NCBI GenBank assembly: GCA_021841585.1 | Contig: JAKBUS010000003.1 | Location: forward strand, 3,664-67,663 | Length of the DNA stretch: 64,000 nt | DNA from: Pseudomonadota bacterium | GTDB taxonomy: Bacteria; Pseudomonadota; Gammaproteobacteria; Acidiferrobacterales; Acidiferrobacteraceae | Reading direction: 5' to 3' | In this document: in pieces, positions 47,244-57,905 of the stretch | Layout: every line of letters starts with the position of its first letter | Numbering within the stretch: the first letter of the stretch is position 1 | Made by a program: the position numbers and the translations under genes | Notes under the pieces: generated by a model | Database searches by the model: none | Told to the model about the DNA's origin: nothing | Seen by the model: only the letters and a program-made list of their open reading frames with translations

Positions 47244-47609
47244 CGCCCCCCTTTGATCCAGGCGATCCCGCCCACAGCTCCTCGCGACACCGCCCGGCGC
47301 GCAGCTCGCACCACTGCGCTATCCGCCGACAGGCAGCTCCAGGCACCGGTCAATATCCCCGAAACGCGCAATGTCATCCTCGCCGAGATAGCTCCCCGAT
47401 TGCGCCTCGATCCTCTCGAGCGGGATCAGGCCCGGATTCCCCATGCGATGACCTACGCCCGGTAGAATATCAACGGTCTCCTGCAGGAGACGGCGCCCCC
47501 AGGGGCGCGGGCAGCGGCTTTGGGTGCTGGTTGCGCGTCAGCGGTCCTAGCCGGCTGTCACTGCCGCCACAGCGGACGATGCGATGGACTTTCACGCCGA
47601 GACCCTCAT

Positions 47610-48608
47610 TCAACCGGCTTGGGCGCGGGTCAATAGCCATTCCACATAGCGACCCACGCCCTGTTCGACATCGTAAGTGGAGGCGGTGTAGCCCGCCTCG
47701 CGCAAGGCCCCAACATCGGCCTGCGTGTAGCTCTGATATTTGCCGACCAGGGCCTCCGGAAACGGTATATAGGTGATGATATCGCGCCGGATAAGCTCGG
47801 CGATCGTCATCGGCCCCTCGCCGTTGTGGCGCCTTATGGCGTTCACCGTGGCCGCCGCCACGTCATTGAAGGCCTGCGCACGCCCGGTGCCGACATTATA
47901 GATGCCGCTCAATTCCTTGTGCTCGAAAAAATGCAGGTTGATCTTGACGACATCCTCGACCGACACGAAATCGCGGCGCTGCTCGCCCGCGGCATAGCCG
48001 CCGCTTGCGCCAAACAACCGTACCTGGCCGGTCTCGCGATACTGATGGAAAAAGTGGTAGGCGACCGAGGCCATGCGCGCCTTGTGCTGCTCGCGTGGCC
48101 CATAGACATTGAAATACCGAAAGCCCGCCACCTGGCAGGCGCCGGTGGCGTGGCGCCGGACATACTGGTCGAAAAGGAATTTCGAGTAGCCGTAGACATT
48201 CAGAGGCGATTCCACCGCGCGCTCCTCGCGAAACACGCGGCCGCCGCCATAGACCGAGGCCGAGGATGCGTACAGGAACTGCGCGCCCTCATGCTCGCAA
48301 AACGCAAGCAGCGTCTTCGAGAACTCGTAATTGTTGCGCATCATGTACAGGCCATCGTGGTTCATGGTGTCGGAACACGCGCCCTCATGGAATATCGCCT
48401 CGACACGTCCAGCGTAGGCGCCCTTGGCGATATCCGCGAGGAAATCGCGCTTGTCCTGATAATCGGCGATCTCGCAGTCCGTCAGGTTCAGGAACTTGTC
48501 GCCGTGCTCCAGGTTGTCGACCACGAGGATGTCGTCGCGCCCTCGCTCATTCAGCCCCTTGACGATGTTTGCGCCTATGAATCCCGCGCCGCCCGTGACA
48601 ACAATCAT
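47610..48608 (-). CDS. hldD: ADP-L-glycero-D-manno-heptose 6-epimerase
   Basis: [23 protein letters not shown] ... [12 protein letters not shown] ... [12 protein letters not shown] are present. Confidence 0.9.
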   Translation of the reverse strand: MIVVTGGAGFIGANIVKGLNERGRDDILVVDNLEHGDKFLNLTDCEIADYQDKRDFLADIAKGAYAGRVEAIFHEGACSDTMNHDGLYMMRNNYEFSKTLLAFCEHEGAQFLYASSASVYGGGRVFREERAVESPLNVYGYSKFLFDQYVRRHATGACQVAGFRYFNVYGPREQHKARMASVAYHFFHQYRETGQVRLFGASGGYAAGEQRRDFVSVEDVVKINLHFFEHKELSGIYNVGTGRAQAFNDVAAATVNAIRRHNGEGPMTIAELIRRDIITYIPFPEALVGKYQSYTQADVGALREAGYTASTYDVEQGVGRYVEWLLTRAQAG

Positions 48609-49573
48609 GACTGCTCCTCCGTGGCCAAGGCCTTCGCTAACTCATCGCGCGGTACCGCCACCGCCCCCAGATGTCCGACCACGATGCCGGCGGCGGCGTT
48701 CGCGATATGTATGGCCTCGAGAAGGCTTGCCTTGACCGCGAGCGCCGCGCCGATCATGGCGATCACCGTATCACCGGCGCCGGTGACGTCGTAAACCTCG
48801 TGAGCGCGGGCCGGCACATGCGTGCGCCGGCCGTCTTTCTCGAATAGTGTCATGCCCTCCTCGCTGCGCGTAACAAGCAACGCATCGAGCGAGAGCTCCG
48901 TGATGAGATCGCGCGCCTTGCGCTCAAGCTCGCCCTCGTCGCGAAACCGCCCCGCGACCTGCTCGAACTCCTTGCGGTTCGGGGTGATGAGCGTGGCCCC
49001 ATGATAGGGCCGGTAATCATCGCCCTTGGGATCGACCACCACCGGCAAGCCGGCCTTGCGCCCCAAGGCGACGATGTCGCGCACATGATTCAAGCCACCC
49101 TTGCCATAGTCCGAGACGATCACGGCGCCAGCGTCTGCCAAACCGTCCTTGTAGGCCGTGACGAGATCGCGGCAGCCATCGGGGGTCACCTGGGTCTCGA
49201 AATCGATGCGTATGAGCTGCTGGTTGCGCGACACGACGCGCAGCTTCACGGTGGTATTGACGAGCGGGTCGCGGATCAGCCGATGACCGACGCCCGAAGC
49301 CGCGAGCAGCGCCGCCAGCGTGTCGGCGGCGGCATCGGCCCCGCATAATCCGGCCAATACGCAGCGCGCGCCGATACCGGCGATATTCTGGGCGACGTTG
49401 GCGGCGCCCCCGGGGCGTTCCTCGACGCGCCCCACCGCCACCACCGGCACCGGCGCCTCCGGCGAGATACGCTCCACCCCCCCGTACCAGTAGCGATCGA
49501 GCATCACATCCCCGACCACCGTGACCCGTGCTTGGGCCATGCGCTCCAATACTTTGGAAAGCTGATCTGTCAC
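48605..49573 (-). CDS. hldA: D-glycero-beta-D-manno-heptose-7-phosphate kinase (RfaE domain I only)
   Basis: PfkB-type kinase: [15 protein letters not shown] ... PGGAANVA ... [11 protein letters not shown]. The GTG start at 49573 lies 13 nt after the pyrF stop. There is no C-terminal adenylyltransferase domain. Confidence 0.8.
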   Translation of the reverse strand: MTDQLSKVLERMAQARVTVVGDVMLDRYWYGGVERISPEAPVPVVAVGRVEERPGGAANVAQNIAGIGARCVLAGLCGADAAADTLAALLAASGVGHRLIRDPLVNTTVKLRVVSRNQQLIRIDFETQVTPDGCRDLVTAYKDGLADAGAVIVSDYGKGGLNHVRDIVALGRKAGLPVVVDPKGDDYRPYHGATLITPNRKEFEQVAGRFRDEGELERKARDLITELSLDALLVTRSEEGMTLFEKDGRRTHVPARAHEVYDVTGAGDTVIAMIGAALAVKASLLEAIHIANAAAGIVVGHLGAVAVPRDELAKALATEEQS

Positions 49574-49586
49574 CGCTTCTCTCTCT

Positions 49587-50306
49587 TTAAGTCTCGAAAG
49601 GGACCGGCCGGGGTGCCCGGCGGGCCTCGGCGAGGCACGCCGCAAGCGCCGCCGCCGGGTCCGGCGCACGCGTCACGGGCCGGCCCACGACCAGGTAGTC
49701 CGCGCCCGCGGCCAGGGCCTCGTGGATCGTCAGCGTGCGCCGCTGATCGTCGGGCGCCGCGCCCTCGGAGCGGATGCCAGGCGTGACCAGCACGAAGCCA
49801 CCGGCGCGCAGGTCTTGAAGCCCGGAGGCCTCGCGCGGCGAGCATACCACGCCGTCCAGGCCCGCCTCGCGACACAACAACGACAGCCCGCGCACGCGCT
49901 CGATGCTATCGCCGAGGGCGAGCGCCGCCATATCCTCGGGACCATGGCTCGTCAGGATCGTGACACCGATGAGACGCGGGCCCCCCGCGGGGATCGCTTG
50001 GCGCGCCGCGGCAAGCATGCGCGGCCCCCCCAGGGCGTGGACATTGACCATCCACACCCCGAGGTCGGCGGCACGCGCGCAGGCGCTCGCCACCGTGTTT
50101 GGTATATCGTGGAATTTGAGGTCGAGAAACACGTCGAAACCAAGGCCGCGCAGGCTGCGGACGACGGCCGGGCCCTCGGCGCAAAAGAGTTCGAGACCGA
50201 CCTTGACCCGGCACTGGGCGGGATCAAGCCTGCGCGCGAGATCGAGCGCGGCCGTGGCCTCGGGAAAATCCAGGGCCACGATGATGGTCGGGTCCTCAAA
50301 CGGCAT
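49587..50306 (-). CDS. pyrF: Orotidine-5'-phosphate decarboxylase
   Basis: IIVALDF ... [14 protein letters not shown] ... LVVGRPV are present. Confidence 0.9.
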   Translation of the reverse strand: MPFEDPTIIVALDFPEATAALDLARRLDPAQCRVKVGLELFCAEGPAVVRSLRGLGFDVFLDLKFHDIPNTVASACARAADLGVWMVNVHALGGPRMLAAARQAIPAGGPRLIGVTILTSHGPEDMAALALGDSIERVRGLSLLCREAGLDGVVCSPREASGLQDLRAGGFVLVTPGIRSEGAAPDDQRRTLTIHEALAAGADYLVVGRPVTRAPDPAAALAACLAEARRAPRPVPFET

Positions 50307-51471
50307 CGTCCTCTCCTGACGGCGTGACAGTGTTCCAACGATGGCAGCCAGGACACTGCCAATGCAGGGATTGCCCCGAAAAGCCGCACTGGTGGCAGAG
50401 GTAGCGGCGGCGGCCCTCGACGATCCTCTCGATGATCCCCTTCAGGATCGCCAGATCCTCGCGCGAGCCCCCCGAGGCCTGCGCCAGATGCAGCCCTATG
50501 AGGCGGTTTAAGCCGCGCACCGAGGGCTGGCGGCGCAGCCACGACACGATGAACACCTCCGCGGCCTGCTGCCCCTCGCGGCGCTCGATCACATCGGCCA
50601 ACGCCAACATGAGCGCGATATCATGATGCCGCGTGAGGGCCTCCTGAAAAAACCGGTACAGGCCCTCCTCGTCGCCCACCGCCTGATAGCTCTTGGCGAG
50701 CGCCTGCGCCACCTCGCCGAGATACAGCGGGTTTTGGATCTCGACTCGCCGCCAGGCCTTTATGGCCTCCTTGTGGCGGCCGAGGTCGGCCTCGATATTA
50801 CCAAGAACCATGCTCGCCCGCACACACGCCCTGTCGTTCTGGAGCGCCCGTCTGGCCTGTTCGCGCGCCACCTCATGCTCGTTGCGTTTATAGGCCTCCT
50901 CGGCCAACTCGCAATAATACTGCGCGATGACATCGTGCAGGCCTGGCCCGCCGGAACGTCCAAGCCTGCGGCATACGCTGATCGCCTTTTCCCAGTCTCG
51001 TTCCTGCTGATAGATGTGCATCAAAAGCCGCAGGGCTTCTTCGTTATGGAGGCGGATCTCGGCAAGTTCCAGGAACAGGTTTTCGGCACGATCGAGGAGC
51101 CCCGCCTTCAGATAATCCTGTCCCAGTTCAAGCAGCGCGCGCGCACGCTGATGGCGATCCAAGGCCGGACGGGCAATAATGTTTTGATGAACGCGGATGG
51201 CGCGCTCGACCTCCCCGCGCCGCCGGAAAAGGCTGCCCAGGGCGAGATGGGTCTCGACGGTCTCGGAGTTGACCTCCAGGACCTTGATAAAAATCTCGAT
51301 GGCCTTATCGGCCTGCTCGTTTAGAAGGAAATTCAGGCCCTTGAAATAGGCCGTGGGCAGATCCTTGCGCGCGCGATGACGCTTTTGGTCATAGCGGGCC
51401 GCCGCCCACCCGGACCCGGCTGCAAGTGGCAGCAGCAGCCAGATGAGGAGTGAGGCATGTTCAAAGAACAT
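50296..51471 (-). CDS. lapB: Lipopolysaccharide assembly protein B (TPR plus rubredoxin-like zinc finger)
   Basis: An N-terminal TM helix, TPR repeats and the C-terminal [23 protein letters not shown]. Confidence 0.9.
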   Translation of the reverse strand: MFFEHASLLIWLLLPLAAGSGWAAARYDQKRHRARKDLPTAYFKGLNFLLNEQADKAIEIFIKVLEVNSETVETHLALGSLFRRRGEVERAIRVHQNIIARPALDRHQRARALLELGQDYLKAGLLDRAENLFLELAEIRLHNEEALRLLMHIYQQERDWEKAISVCRRLGRSGGPGLHDVIAQYYCELAEEAYKRNEHEVAREQARRALQNDRACVRASMVLGNIEADLGRHKEAIKAWRRVEIQNPLYLGEVAQALAKSYQAVGDEEGLYRFFQEALTRHHDIALMLALADVIERREGQQAAEVFIVSWLRRQPSVRGLNRLIGLHLAQASGGSREDLAILKGIIERIVEGRRRYLCHQCGFSGQSLHWQCPGCHRWNTVTPSGEDDAV

Positions 51472-51757
51472 CTTTTATGGGCAAGGCCCGCAGGTTCGCG
51501 ACCTCCTGCTCCATCTGGCGCACCTGTTTGCGCGCCACCGCGAGCTGGCGCCGCACGCGCACCAACCGATTCACGCCGGCCAGAAATCCGAGCACGATCC
51601 CCATCACGAGCACCGCGACCATGACAAGCGCAAGCGGCGCCCGCCAGGCGAGTCCCCCGTAGTAGCGCACGGTGACGTCCGTAGCATTCTTATAGGCGAA
51701 ACCGAGGCCTATGAAGACGACCAGCACCGCAATCGATCCGTAGAGGATTCGTTTCAT
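51461..51757 (-). CDS. lapA: Lipopolysaccharide assembly protein A (DUF1049 inner-membrane protein)
   Basis: 98 aa with two TM helices, immediately upstream of and overlapping lapB. Confidence 0.75.
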   Translation of the reverse strand: MKRILYGSIAVLVVFIGLGFAYKNATDVTVRYYGGLAWRAPLALVMVAVLVMGIVLGFLAGVNRLVRVRRQLAVARKQVRQMEQEVANLRALPIKDVL

Positions 51758-51777
51758 AGAAGCCGCTACCCCTCTTC

Positions 51778-51809
51778 AAAAAAAACGGCACGGGCTTCAA
51801 CCCATGCCG
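51778..51809 (-). terminator. Rho-independent terminator after ihfB
   Basis: The minus strand reads CGGCATGGG-TTGAAG-CCCGTGCCG followed by T8: a 9-bp stem (one G-U pair) plus a U tract, about 30 nt after the ihfB stop. Confidence 0.75.
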
Positions 51810-51839
51810 CTCTTTTCCCATTGCGTCCGGGCGACCGGC

Positions 51840-52118
51840 CTACTGGTCGACGCGCTCCCGCAACTCCTTCCCGGGCTTGAAATGCGGGACCCGCCGGTCC
51901 GGCACCTGCACGCTTACCCCGGTCTTGGGGTTGCGTCCGAGCCGCGCCGGGCGATGATGCAGACAGAAGCTGCCGAACCCGCGCACCTCGATACGGTCAC
52001 CCGCCTCCAGGGCGCTCGACATACGCTCTAGCAGACCCTTGACCGCGAGCTCCACATCCCGCTGATCCAATTGCGGCTGGCTCGCGACGAGGCTCTGAAT
52101 GAGTTCCGACTTCGTCAT
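51840..52118 (-). CDS. ihfB: Integration host factor subunit beta
   Basis: [10 protein letters not shown] ... [45 protein letters not shown]. Confidence 0.95.
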   Translation of the reverse strand: MTKSELIQSLVASQPQLDQRDVELAVKGLLERMSSALEAGDRIEVRGFGSFCLHHRPARLGRNPKTGVSVQVPDRRVPHFKPGKELRERVDQ

Positions 52119-52133
52119 CGCCCTAAAGCCTCG

Positions 52134-53807
52134 TCACTCCTTCTGCCCGAGCTTTTCTTTCAGCTTGTCGCCCAAAGACGAGGTCGCGAGCGGCGCCTTG
52201 CGGGTGTACTCCTGCACGGCCTCGTTCTCGCGCTCCATATCCTTGGCGCGCACCGAGAGGGTGATCTTGCGGTTCTTGCGGTCTATGGTCATGACCTTGG
52301 CCTCGACCGTATCGCCTTCCTTCAGCACCGCGCGCGCATCCTCGATACGATCACGCGCCGCCTCGGCCGCGCGCAGATAGCCCTCGACGTCATCGCCAAG
52401 CTTCACGGTCGCGCCCTTCGCGTCCACCGCCGTCACCACCCCGCTCACCACCGCGCCCTTGCCATGCTCCGCGCAGTAATTGTTGAACGGGTCGCCTTCC
52501 ATCTGCTTCACGCCGAGCGAAATGCGCTCGCGCTCGGGATCAACCGCCAACACCACGGCCTCGAGCTCATCGCCCTTCTTCAGGTCGCGAACCGCCTCTT
52601 CGCCGGCGCGGCTCCACGACAGATCCGTCAGGTGAATCAACCCGTCTATACCACCCTCGAGCCCCACGAACACCCCAAAGTCGGTGATCGACTTGATCTG
52701 GCCCTTCACGAGGTCGCCCTTATTATGCGAGGCCGCGAACTCTTCCCAAGGGTTGGGCTGGCACTGCTTGATGCCAAGCGAGATGCGCCGGCGCTCCTCG
52801 TCGATGTCGAGGATCATAGCCTCGACCTCATCGCCGAGCTGCACGATCTTGGTCGGGTGTACGTTCTTGTTGGTCCAGTCCATCTCCGAGACGTGCACCA
52901 AGCCCTCGACGCCCTCCTCGATCTCCACGAACGCGCCGTAGTCGGTAATGTTCGTGACCTTGCCGAAGATCCGCGTCCCGATCGGGTAGCGGCGCGCAAG
53001 ATCGACCCACGGGTCATCGCCGAGCTGCTTCAAGCCCAGCGAAACGCGGTTGCGTTCACGATCGAAGCGCAAGACCTTGGCCTCGACCTCATCGCCGATA
53101 TTGAGCATCTCCGAGGGGTGCTTGACGCGCTTCCACGCGAGATCGGTGATATGCAAAAGCCCGTCGACCCCGCCGAGATCGACGAACGCGCCGTAATCCG
53201 TGAGGTTCTTCACGATACCCTTCACGATCTGGCCTTCCTCGAGATTCGCGAGCAGCTGATCGCGCTCCGCCGATATCTCGTTTTCCACGACCGCGCGCCT
53301 TGAGACCACCACGTTGTTGCGCTTGCGATCGAGCTTGATGACCTTAAACTCCAACTCCTTGCCTTCGAGGTAGGACGGGTCGCGTACCGGACGCACATCC
53401 ACCAGCGAACCGGGCAGGAACGCGCGGATGGTGTCGATCGCTATGGTAAAGCCGCCCTTCACCTTGCCGGTCATGATGCCGGTCACGACCGTCTGCTTCT
53501 CGAACGCCTCCTCCAGCACATCCCAGGCCTTGACGCGGCAGGCCTTCTCGCGCGACAGGCGGGTCTGGCCGAAGCCGTCCTCCATGTATTCGATGACGAC
53601 CTCGATACGGTCGCCCGCCTTGACACCGACCTCGCCATTGGCGTTGCGGAACTGTTCCGTCGGAATCACGCCCTCCGACTTGAGGCCGGCATTGACCACC
53701 ACGACCTCGTCATCGACATGCACCACCTCGCCCACAATGAGGCTTCCGGGGCGCATCTGGCAGGACTGCATGCTCTCTTCAAACAATTCGGCAAAGCTTT
53801 GGCTCAT
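52134..53807 (-). CDS. rpsA: 30S ribosomal protein S1
   Basis: 557 aa. [13 protein letters not shown], then six S1 repeats (e.g. [28 protein letters not shown]). Confidence 0.97.
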   Translation of the reverse strand: MSQSFAELFEESMQSCQMRPGSLIVGEVVHVDDEVVVVNAGLKSEGVIPTEQFRNANGEVGVKAGDRIEVVIEYMEDGFGQTRLSREKACRVKAWDVLEEAFEKQTVVTGIMTGKVKGGFTIAIDTIRAFLPGSLVDVRPVRDPSYLEGKELEFKVIKLDRKRNNVVVSRRAVVENEISAERDQLLANLEEGQIVKGIVKNLTDYGAFVDLGGVDGLLHITDLAWKRVKHPSEMLNIGDEVEAKVLRFDRERNRVSLGLKQLGDDPWVDLARRYPIGTRIFGKVTNITDYGAFVEIEEGVEGLVHVSEMDWTNKNVHPTKIVQLGDEVEAMILDIDEERRRISLGIKQCQPNPWEEFAASHNKGDLVKGQIKSITDFGVFVGLEGGIDGLIHLTDLSWSRAGEEAVRDLKKGDELEAVVLAVDPERERISLGVKQMEGDPFNNYCAEHGKGAVVSGVVTAVDAKGATVKLGDDVEGYLRAAEAARDRIEDARAVLKEGDTVEAKVMTIDRKNRKITLSVRAKDMERENEAVQEYTRKAPLATSSLGDKLKEKLGQKE

Positions 53808-53896
53808 GTATCTCTGGTCTCAAGGCCCCAAAGGGGCGGCTGGGCCGGCAGTGGATGCCAAGCCGTTAGTCTTTAGATCCGGTGCGTGAACGACGA

Positions 53897-54568
53897 CTAG
53901 GACGAACGGCTCACCATGGCGAGCACCCGGTCGATGACGTCCTGAAGCCCGATGGCCGACGAGTCGAGCACGACGGCGCCTTGGGCTGGCTTGAGCGGCG
54001 CGACCGCGCGATTGGCGTCGCGTTCGTCCCGCTCCCGAATCTCCTGTATAAGCCGTGGAAGCGTAACACCGAACCCCTTTGTCTTCAACTGATTGAAACG
54101 GCGCTCGGCGCGTACCTCGGGGCTCGCGGTCAGAAAGACCTTCAGGAAGGCGTCGGGAAAGACGTGGCTGCCCATGTCCCGGCCGTCGGCCACCAGCCCC
54201 GGAGGCCTTCGCGCGGCGCGCTGGCGATCCAGGAGCGCCTGGCGCACGCCCGGGAGCGCCGCCACCCGGGAGGCCGCATCGGCGGCCTCGGGGCCGCGCA
54301 GGGCCACGCCGCACTCGCGTCCATTGACATAGACCTGCGGTTCGGCCGCCCCCGCCTCCCGGACGAACCGCAGGTCGAGCTCGCCTGCCAGCGCGCAAAG
54401 GCGGGACTCATCGTCGCAGGCGAGCTGCGCCCACGAGGCCGCAAGCCCCAGGGCGCGGTAGACCGCGCCGCTGTCGAGATAATGCCAGCCGAGGCGCTCG
54501 GCCACCGCCATGCCGACCGCGCCCTTGCCAGAGCCGGACGGACCATCGATCGCAAGCACCGGGATCAC
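53897..54568 (-). CDS. cmk: Cytidylate kinase
   Basis: VIPVLAIDGPSGSGKGAV. The GTG start at 54568 forms a GTGA overlap with the aroA stop. The remainder of the 407-aa ORF overlaps aroA out of frame. Confidence 0.9.
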   Translation of the reverse strand: MIPVLAIDGPSGSGKGAVGMAVAERLGWHYLDSGAVYRALGLAASWAQLACDDESRLCALAGELDLRFVREAGAAEPQVYVNGRECGVALRGPEAADAASRVAALPGVRQALLDRQRAARRPPGLVADGRDMGSHVFPDAFLKVFLTASPEVRAERRFNQLKTKGFGVTLPRLIQEIRERDERDANRAVAPLKPAQGAVVLDSSAIGLQDVIDRVLAMVSRSS

Positions 54569-55881
54569 GAGGCTTCGACCTCGAGGTCGAAGCCTGCGGC
54601 CTTCGCGCAGGCCACGAAACCCGGAAACGAGGTCGCCACATTCCGGCAGTCGCGTATCTGAACGGCGTCCGCGGCCCTGAGGCCTGCGACCGCGAAGGCC
54701 ATCGCCACGCGGTGGTCGCCGCCGGACTCGATGACCCCGCCCGTAAGCGACGTCCCGGTGATGGCAAGCCCGTCCGGGTATTCCTCCACGGCCACCCCAA
54801 GGCTTACAAGACCGCGCGCCATGACCGCCAACCGGTCGCTCTCCTTGACCCGCAACTCCTCGGCGCCGCGCAGTATCGTCGTCCCCTGGGCGCAGGCCGC
54901 GGCGATGAAGATCGCCGGGAATTCGTCGATGGCAAGCGGCACGAGCTCGCGGGGTATGGTAATACCGTGCAAGGGGGCAAAACGCACCACCAAATCGGCG
55001 ACCGGTTCGCCGCCCGCCACGGTCTCGTTCTCGGCCTCGATGTCCGCGCCCATGGCGCGCAGGATGTCGATTACGCCCCGCCGGGTGGGGTTCACGCCGA
55101 CCCGCGGCAGGCGTAGGCACGACCCCGGCACGATGCTCGCCGCCACCAGGAAAAACGCCGCTGATGACAGGTCCGCGGGGACCTCGAGCCGCACCGGATG
55201 CAAGGGTCCGGCGCCGCCCTCCACGGCGATCGTGGCACCGTCGCGGTGAACCGGATAGCCGAAACCGGCCAACATGCGCTCGCTATGATCGCGGCTCGGG
55301 GCCGGCTCGACCACCACCGTGCGTCCACGAGCGTACAGGGCGGCCAGCAGGATCGCCGACTTCACCTGGGCGCTTGCCACCGGCAGGCGATACTCGATCG
55401 CGCGCAGGCCCCGCCCCCCCACGATGTGCAGCGGCGGCCGCCCACCCTCCCCGGTCTCGATCACAGCCCCCATCAAGCGCAGCGGCACCGCCACCCGCTC
55501 CATCGGTCGGCGCATGAGTGATTCATCACCCACGAGGCGCGTCCCAAACGGCTGCGCCGACAAGAGTCCCGCGAGCAGTCGCATGCTGGTGCCGGAATTG
55601 CCGAGATCGAGGACCCCCACCGGGGCCTTCAGGCCATGGAGCCCGACACCATCGACCGTCAACCGGCCGTCGTGGGGGCCATCGATGGCGACCCCCAGGG
55701 CGCGAAACGCGGCCACCGTCCCCAGGACGTCCTCGCCCTCGAGCAGGCCCGTGATCTCGCTGCGCCCCAAGGCGAGCGCGCTCAGGATGACGGCGCGATG
55801 CGAGATCGACTTGTCGCCGGCCACCGTAACGGTGCCGGTGAGCGGCCCGCCGCTCCTTACCGTGTAATCAATGCTCCCCAT
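54565..55881 (-). CDS. aroA: 3-phosphoshikimate 1-carboxyvinyltransferase
   Basis: VAGDKSISHRA ... LGNSGTSMRLL ... RVKESDRL are present. Confidence 0.95.
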   Translation of the reverse strand: MGSIDYTVRSGGPLTGTVTVAGDKSISHRAVILSALALGRSEITGLLEGEDVLGTVAAFRALGVAIDGPHDGRLTVDGVGLHGLKAPVGVLDLGNSGTSMRLLAGLLSAQPFGTRLVGDESLMRRPMERVAVPLRLMGAVIETGEGGRPPLHIVGGRGLRAIEYRLPVASAQVKSAILLAALYARGRTVVVEPAPSRDHSERMLAGFGYPVHRDGATIAVEGGAGPLHPVRLEVPADLSSAAFFLVAASIVPGSCLRLPRVGVNPTRRGVIDILRAMGADIEAENETVAGGEPVADLVVRFAPLHGITIPRELVPLAIDEFPAIFIAAACAQGTTILRGAEELRVKESDRLAVMARGLVSLGVAVEEYPDGLAITGTSLTGGVIESGGDHRVAMAFAVAGLRAADAVQIRDCRNVATSFPGFVACAKAAGFDLEVEAS

Positions 55882-56767
55882 GGGTGCTCCTGTGCATCAA
55901 ATCGGCACGAAACGCCTGGGCCGCCGCGAAATGGCGGAGAAGCCCCTCGAAATCCCCGCGCGCCAAGCGCTCGCTATAGCCCGTCAGGCGCTCGGCGTAG
56001 GCGGCGAGCGCCGGGGCAAGCGATGCGGCATTGGCCGCGCAGATGTCCCGCCACATGACGGGATCGCTGCCGGCGATGCGCAAAAAATCCTTCAGTCCGG
56101 TGCCGGTAAACGGCGCCAACGCCTCGGCCGGCGCATACCCCGCGAGCAATTCGGCGCAGGCAAACGCGAGCAGGTGCGGGAGATGGCTCGTGTAGGCCAC
56201 CAGTCGGTCATGGGTCGCGGCATCGGCTAAGATCACCCGCGCCCCGGCCGCCACCCACATCGCGCGCACGGTGCGCACGGCCTCCTCGTCGGTGCCCTCG
56301 GTGGGCGTCAGAATGGCGCTACGGCCCGCGAACAGATCGGCGCGCGCGGCCATGGGCCCCGAACACTCGCCGCCGGCCATGGGGTGACCGGGGACGAAAC
56401 GGCTGAGGCCGAGCGCGTGCGCGGCCTCGACCACCGACTGCTTGGCGCTCCCCATGTCGGTCACGACGGTATGCGCCGGCAGGCAGCAAGACAGCCTCGC
56501 GAGCAGCCCGGGCAAAGCCCCGAGCGGTGTCGCCAACACCACGAGATCGGCCTCGCGCGCGGCCGTCTCGAGGTCCTGCGCGGCATCGATCAGGCCGCGC
56601 CCGCGCGCCGCCTCGAGCGAACGCGGGTCCTCGTCCACTCCCACGATCCGATCCACGAACCGGGCCTTGCGCAAGGCCGCGGCGAGCGACCCCCCCATAA
56701 GGCCTACGCCCACGATCGCAAGCCGCGGGGCACCATTCACCCCGGCCTTGGATGCGGCACGGCTCAC
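55868..56767 (-). CDS. tyrA: Prephenate/arogenate dehydrogenase
   Basis: Rossmann motif LAIVGVGLMGGSLA, VVTDMGSAK, GHPMAGGE. Confidence 0.85.
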   Translation of the reverse strand: MSRAASKAGVNGAPRLAIVGVGLMGGSLAAALRKARFVDRIVGVDEDPRSLEAARGRGLIDAAQDLETAAREADLVVLATPLGALPGLLARLSCCLPAHTVVTDMGSAKQSVVEAAHALGLSRFVPGHPMAGGECSGPMAARADLFAGRSAILTPTEGTDEEAVRTVRAMWVAAGARVILADAATHDRLVAYTSHLPHLLAFACAELLAGYAPAEALAPFTGTGLKDFLRIAGSDPVMWRDICAANAASLAPALAAYAERLTGYSERLARGDFEGLLRHFAAAQAFRADLMHRSTHGEH

Positions 56768-57873
56768 GCGACCCTCGCGATATCGGCAAGGGCGCGCATG
56801 AGGCGCGCGTTCTCCTCGGGCCGCCCGACCGTGATACGCAGATGCGCGCTCATGCCATAGGGCTTGAGCGGGCGAACGATGACGCCCTGGCGCAACAACG
56901 CCTCATAGAGGCGCGCGGCATCACCCACCTCGACGCACAGGAAATTGCCCACCGACGGTAGGACTCCGAGACCGCGATCGCGAAGGGCGGCGGCGAGCGT
57001 GGCGCGATCGGCGGCGTTCACTGCGCGCATCCGCTCCACATGGGCCTCGTCCGACAAGGCCGCCACCGCCGCCGCCTGGGCGACGATGTTCACATTGAAC
57101 GGCTGACGCAGGCGGTTCATGAGCTCCGCAAGCGCCGGATCGGACACGGCGTAGCCGACCCTGAGACCCGCGAGCCCGTGGATCTTGGAGAAGGTCCGCA
57201 CGACCACGAGGTTGGGGTGGCGGGCCAGAAACTGGCAACCGTCCGGGTAGTCCACCTCGGTCACATACTCGAGATAGGCCTCGTCTAGGACCACGATCGT
57301 CGATACCGGCACCGCCGCCAGAAAGCCCGTGAGCTCGTCTTTGCCAAACCACGTACCGGTGGGATTGTTGGGGTTGGCGAGAAACACCATGCGCACGCTC
57401 GGGCTCAAGGCCCGCGCCATGGCATCGAGGTCATGGGCGTAGAAGCGCGATGGCACCTGGATCATGCGCGCCCCGATCCCGCGCACACTGATCGGGTAGG
57501 CGGCAAAGGCATACTCGTCACAAAGCGCGGTCTCGCCCGGATTCAGGAAGGTGCGGGCGATGAGCTCCAGGACATCATTGGACCCATTGCCAAGGGTGAT
57601 GTGGCGCTCCGATACCCCGAGGCGTTGCGCCAGCGCACGCTTCAAGGCAAAGCCGCCGCCATCGGGATAACGTTCCATCTGCGCCAAGGCCGCCGCGGCC
57701 GCCGCTTGCGCCTTCACCCCCGGGCCGTAGGGGTTCTCGTTCGAGGCAAGCTTGATCGCCCCGGTCACGCCCAGTTCGCGCTCCAGCTCCTCTATGGGCT
57801 TGCCCGGCTGGTAGGGTACCAGACCACGAACGCCGGGGGCCGCCAGGATCACGGGGTCACATGCCATCGCCAT
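56764..57873 (-). CDS. hisC: Histidinol-phosphate/aromatic aminotransferase
   Basis: MAMACDP ... LVPYQPGKPIEELEREL ... KLASNENPYGP ... the PLP-lysine region RTFSKIHGLAGLRVGY. The start is taken at 57873; the longer ORF overlaps pheA. Confidence 0.9.
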   Translation of the reverse strand: MAMACDPVILAAPGVRGLVPYQPGKPIEELERELGVTGAIKLASNENPYGPGVKAQAAAAAALAQMERYPDGGGFALKRALAQRLGVSERHITLGNGSNDVLELIARTFLNPGETALCDEYAFAAYPISVRGIGARMIQVPSRFYAHDLDAMARALSPSVRMVFLANPNNPTGTWFGKDELTGFLAAVPVSTIVVLDEAYLEYVTEVDYPDGCQFLARHPNLVVVRTFSKIHGLAGLRVGYAVSDPALAELMNRLRQPFNVNIVAQAAAVAALSDEAHVERMRAVNAADRATLAAALRDRGLGVLPSVGNFLCVEVGDAARLYEALLRQGVIVRPLKPYGMSAHLRITVGRPEENARLMRALADIARVA

Positions 57874-57905
57874 CACACTCTCCGTTCTCGTAGGGTTGCG
57901 CCCCG

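Noticed and set aside
52071-53303. 410-aa plus-strand ORF
   Set aside because: It is antisense to rpsA (ribosomal protein S1). It is L/R/H/A-rich with no motifs.
54569-55120. Long N-terminal extension of the cmk ORF (the 407-aa ORF 53897..55120)
   Set aside because: The extension overlaps aroA out of frame and is R/G/P-rich. The canonical cmk N-terminus (IDGPSGSGKG) follows a GTG that forms a GTGA junction with the aroA stop. Similar artefactual extensions were trimmed for hisC (to 58392), serA (to 60402), ispF (to 22375), cbbQ (from 37458), the SodC-like gene (from 34472), the GT4 (to 43977), the GT2 (to 44693) and the priming transferase (to 13562).
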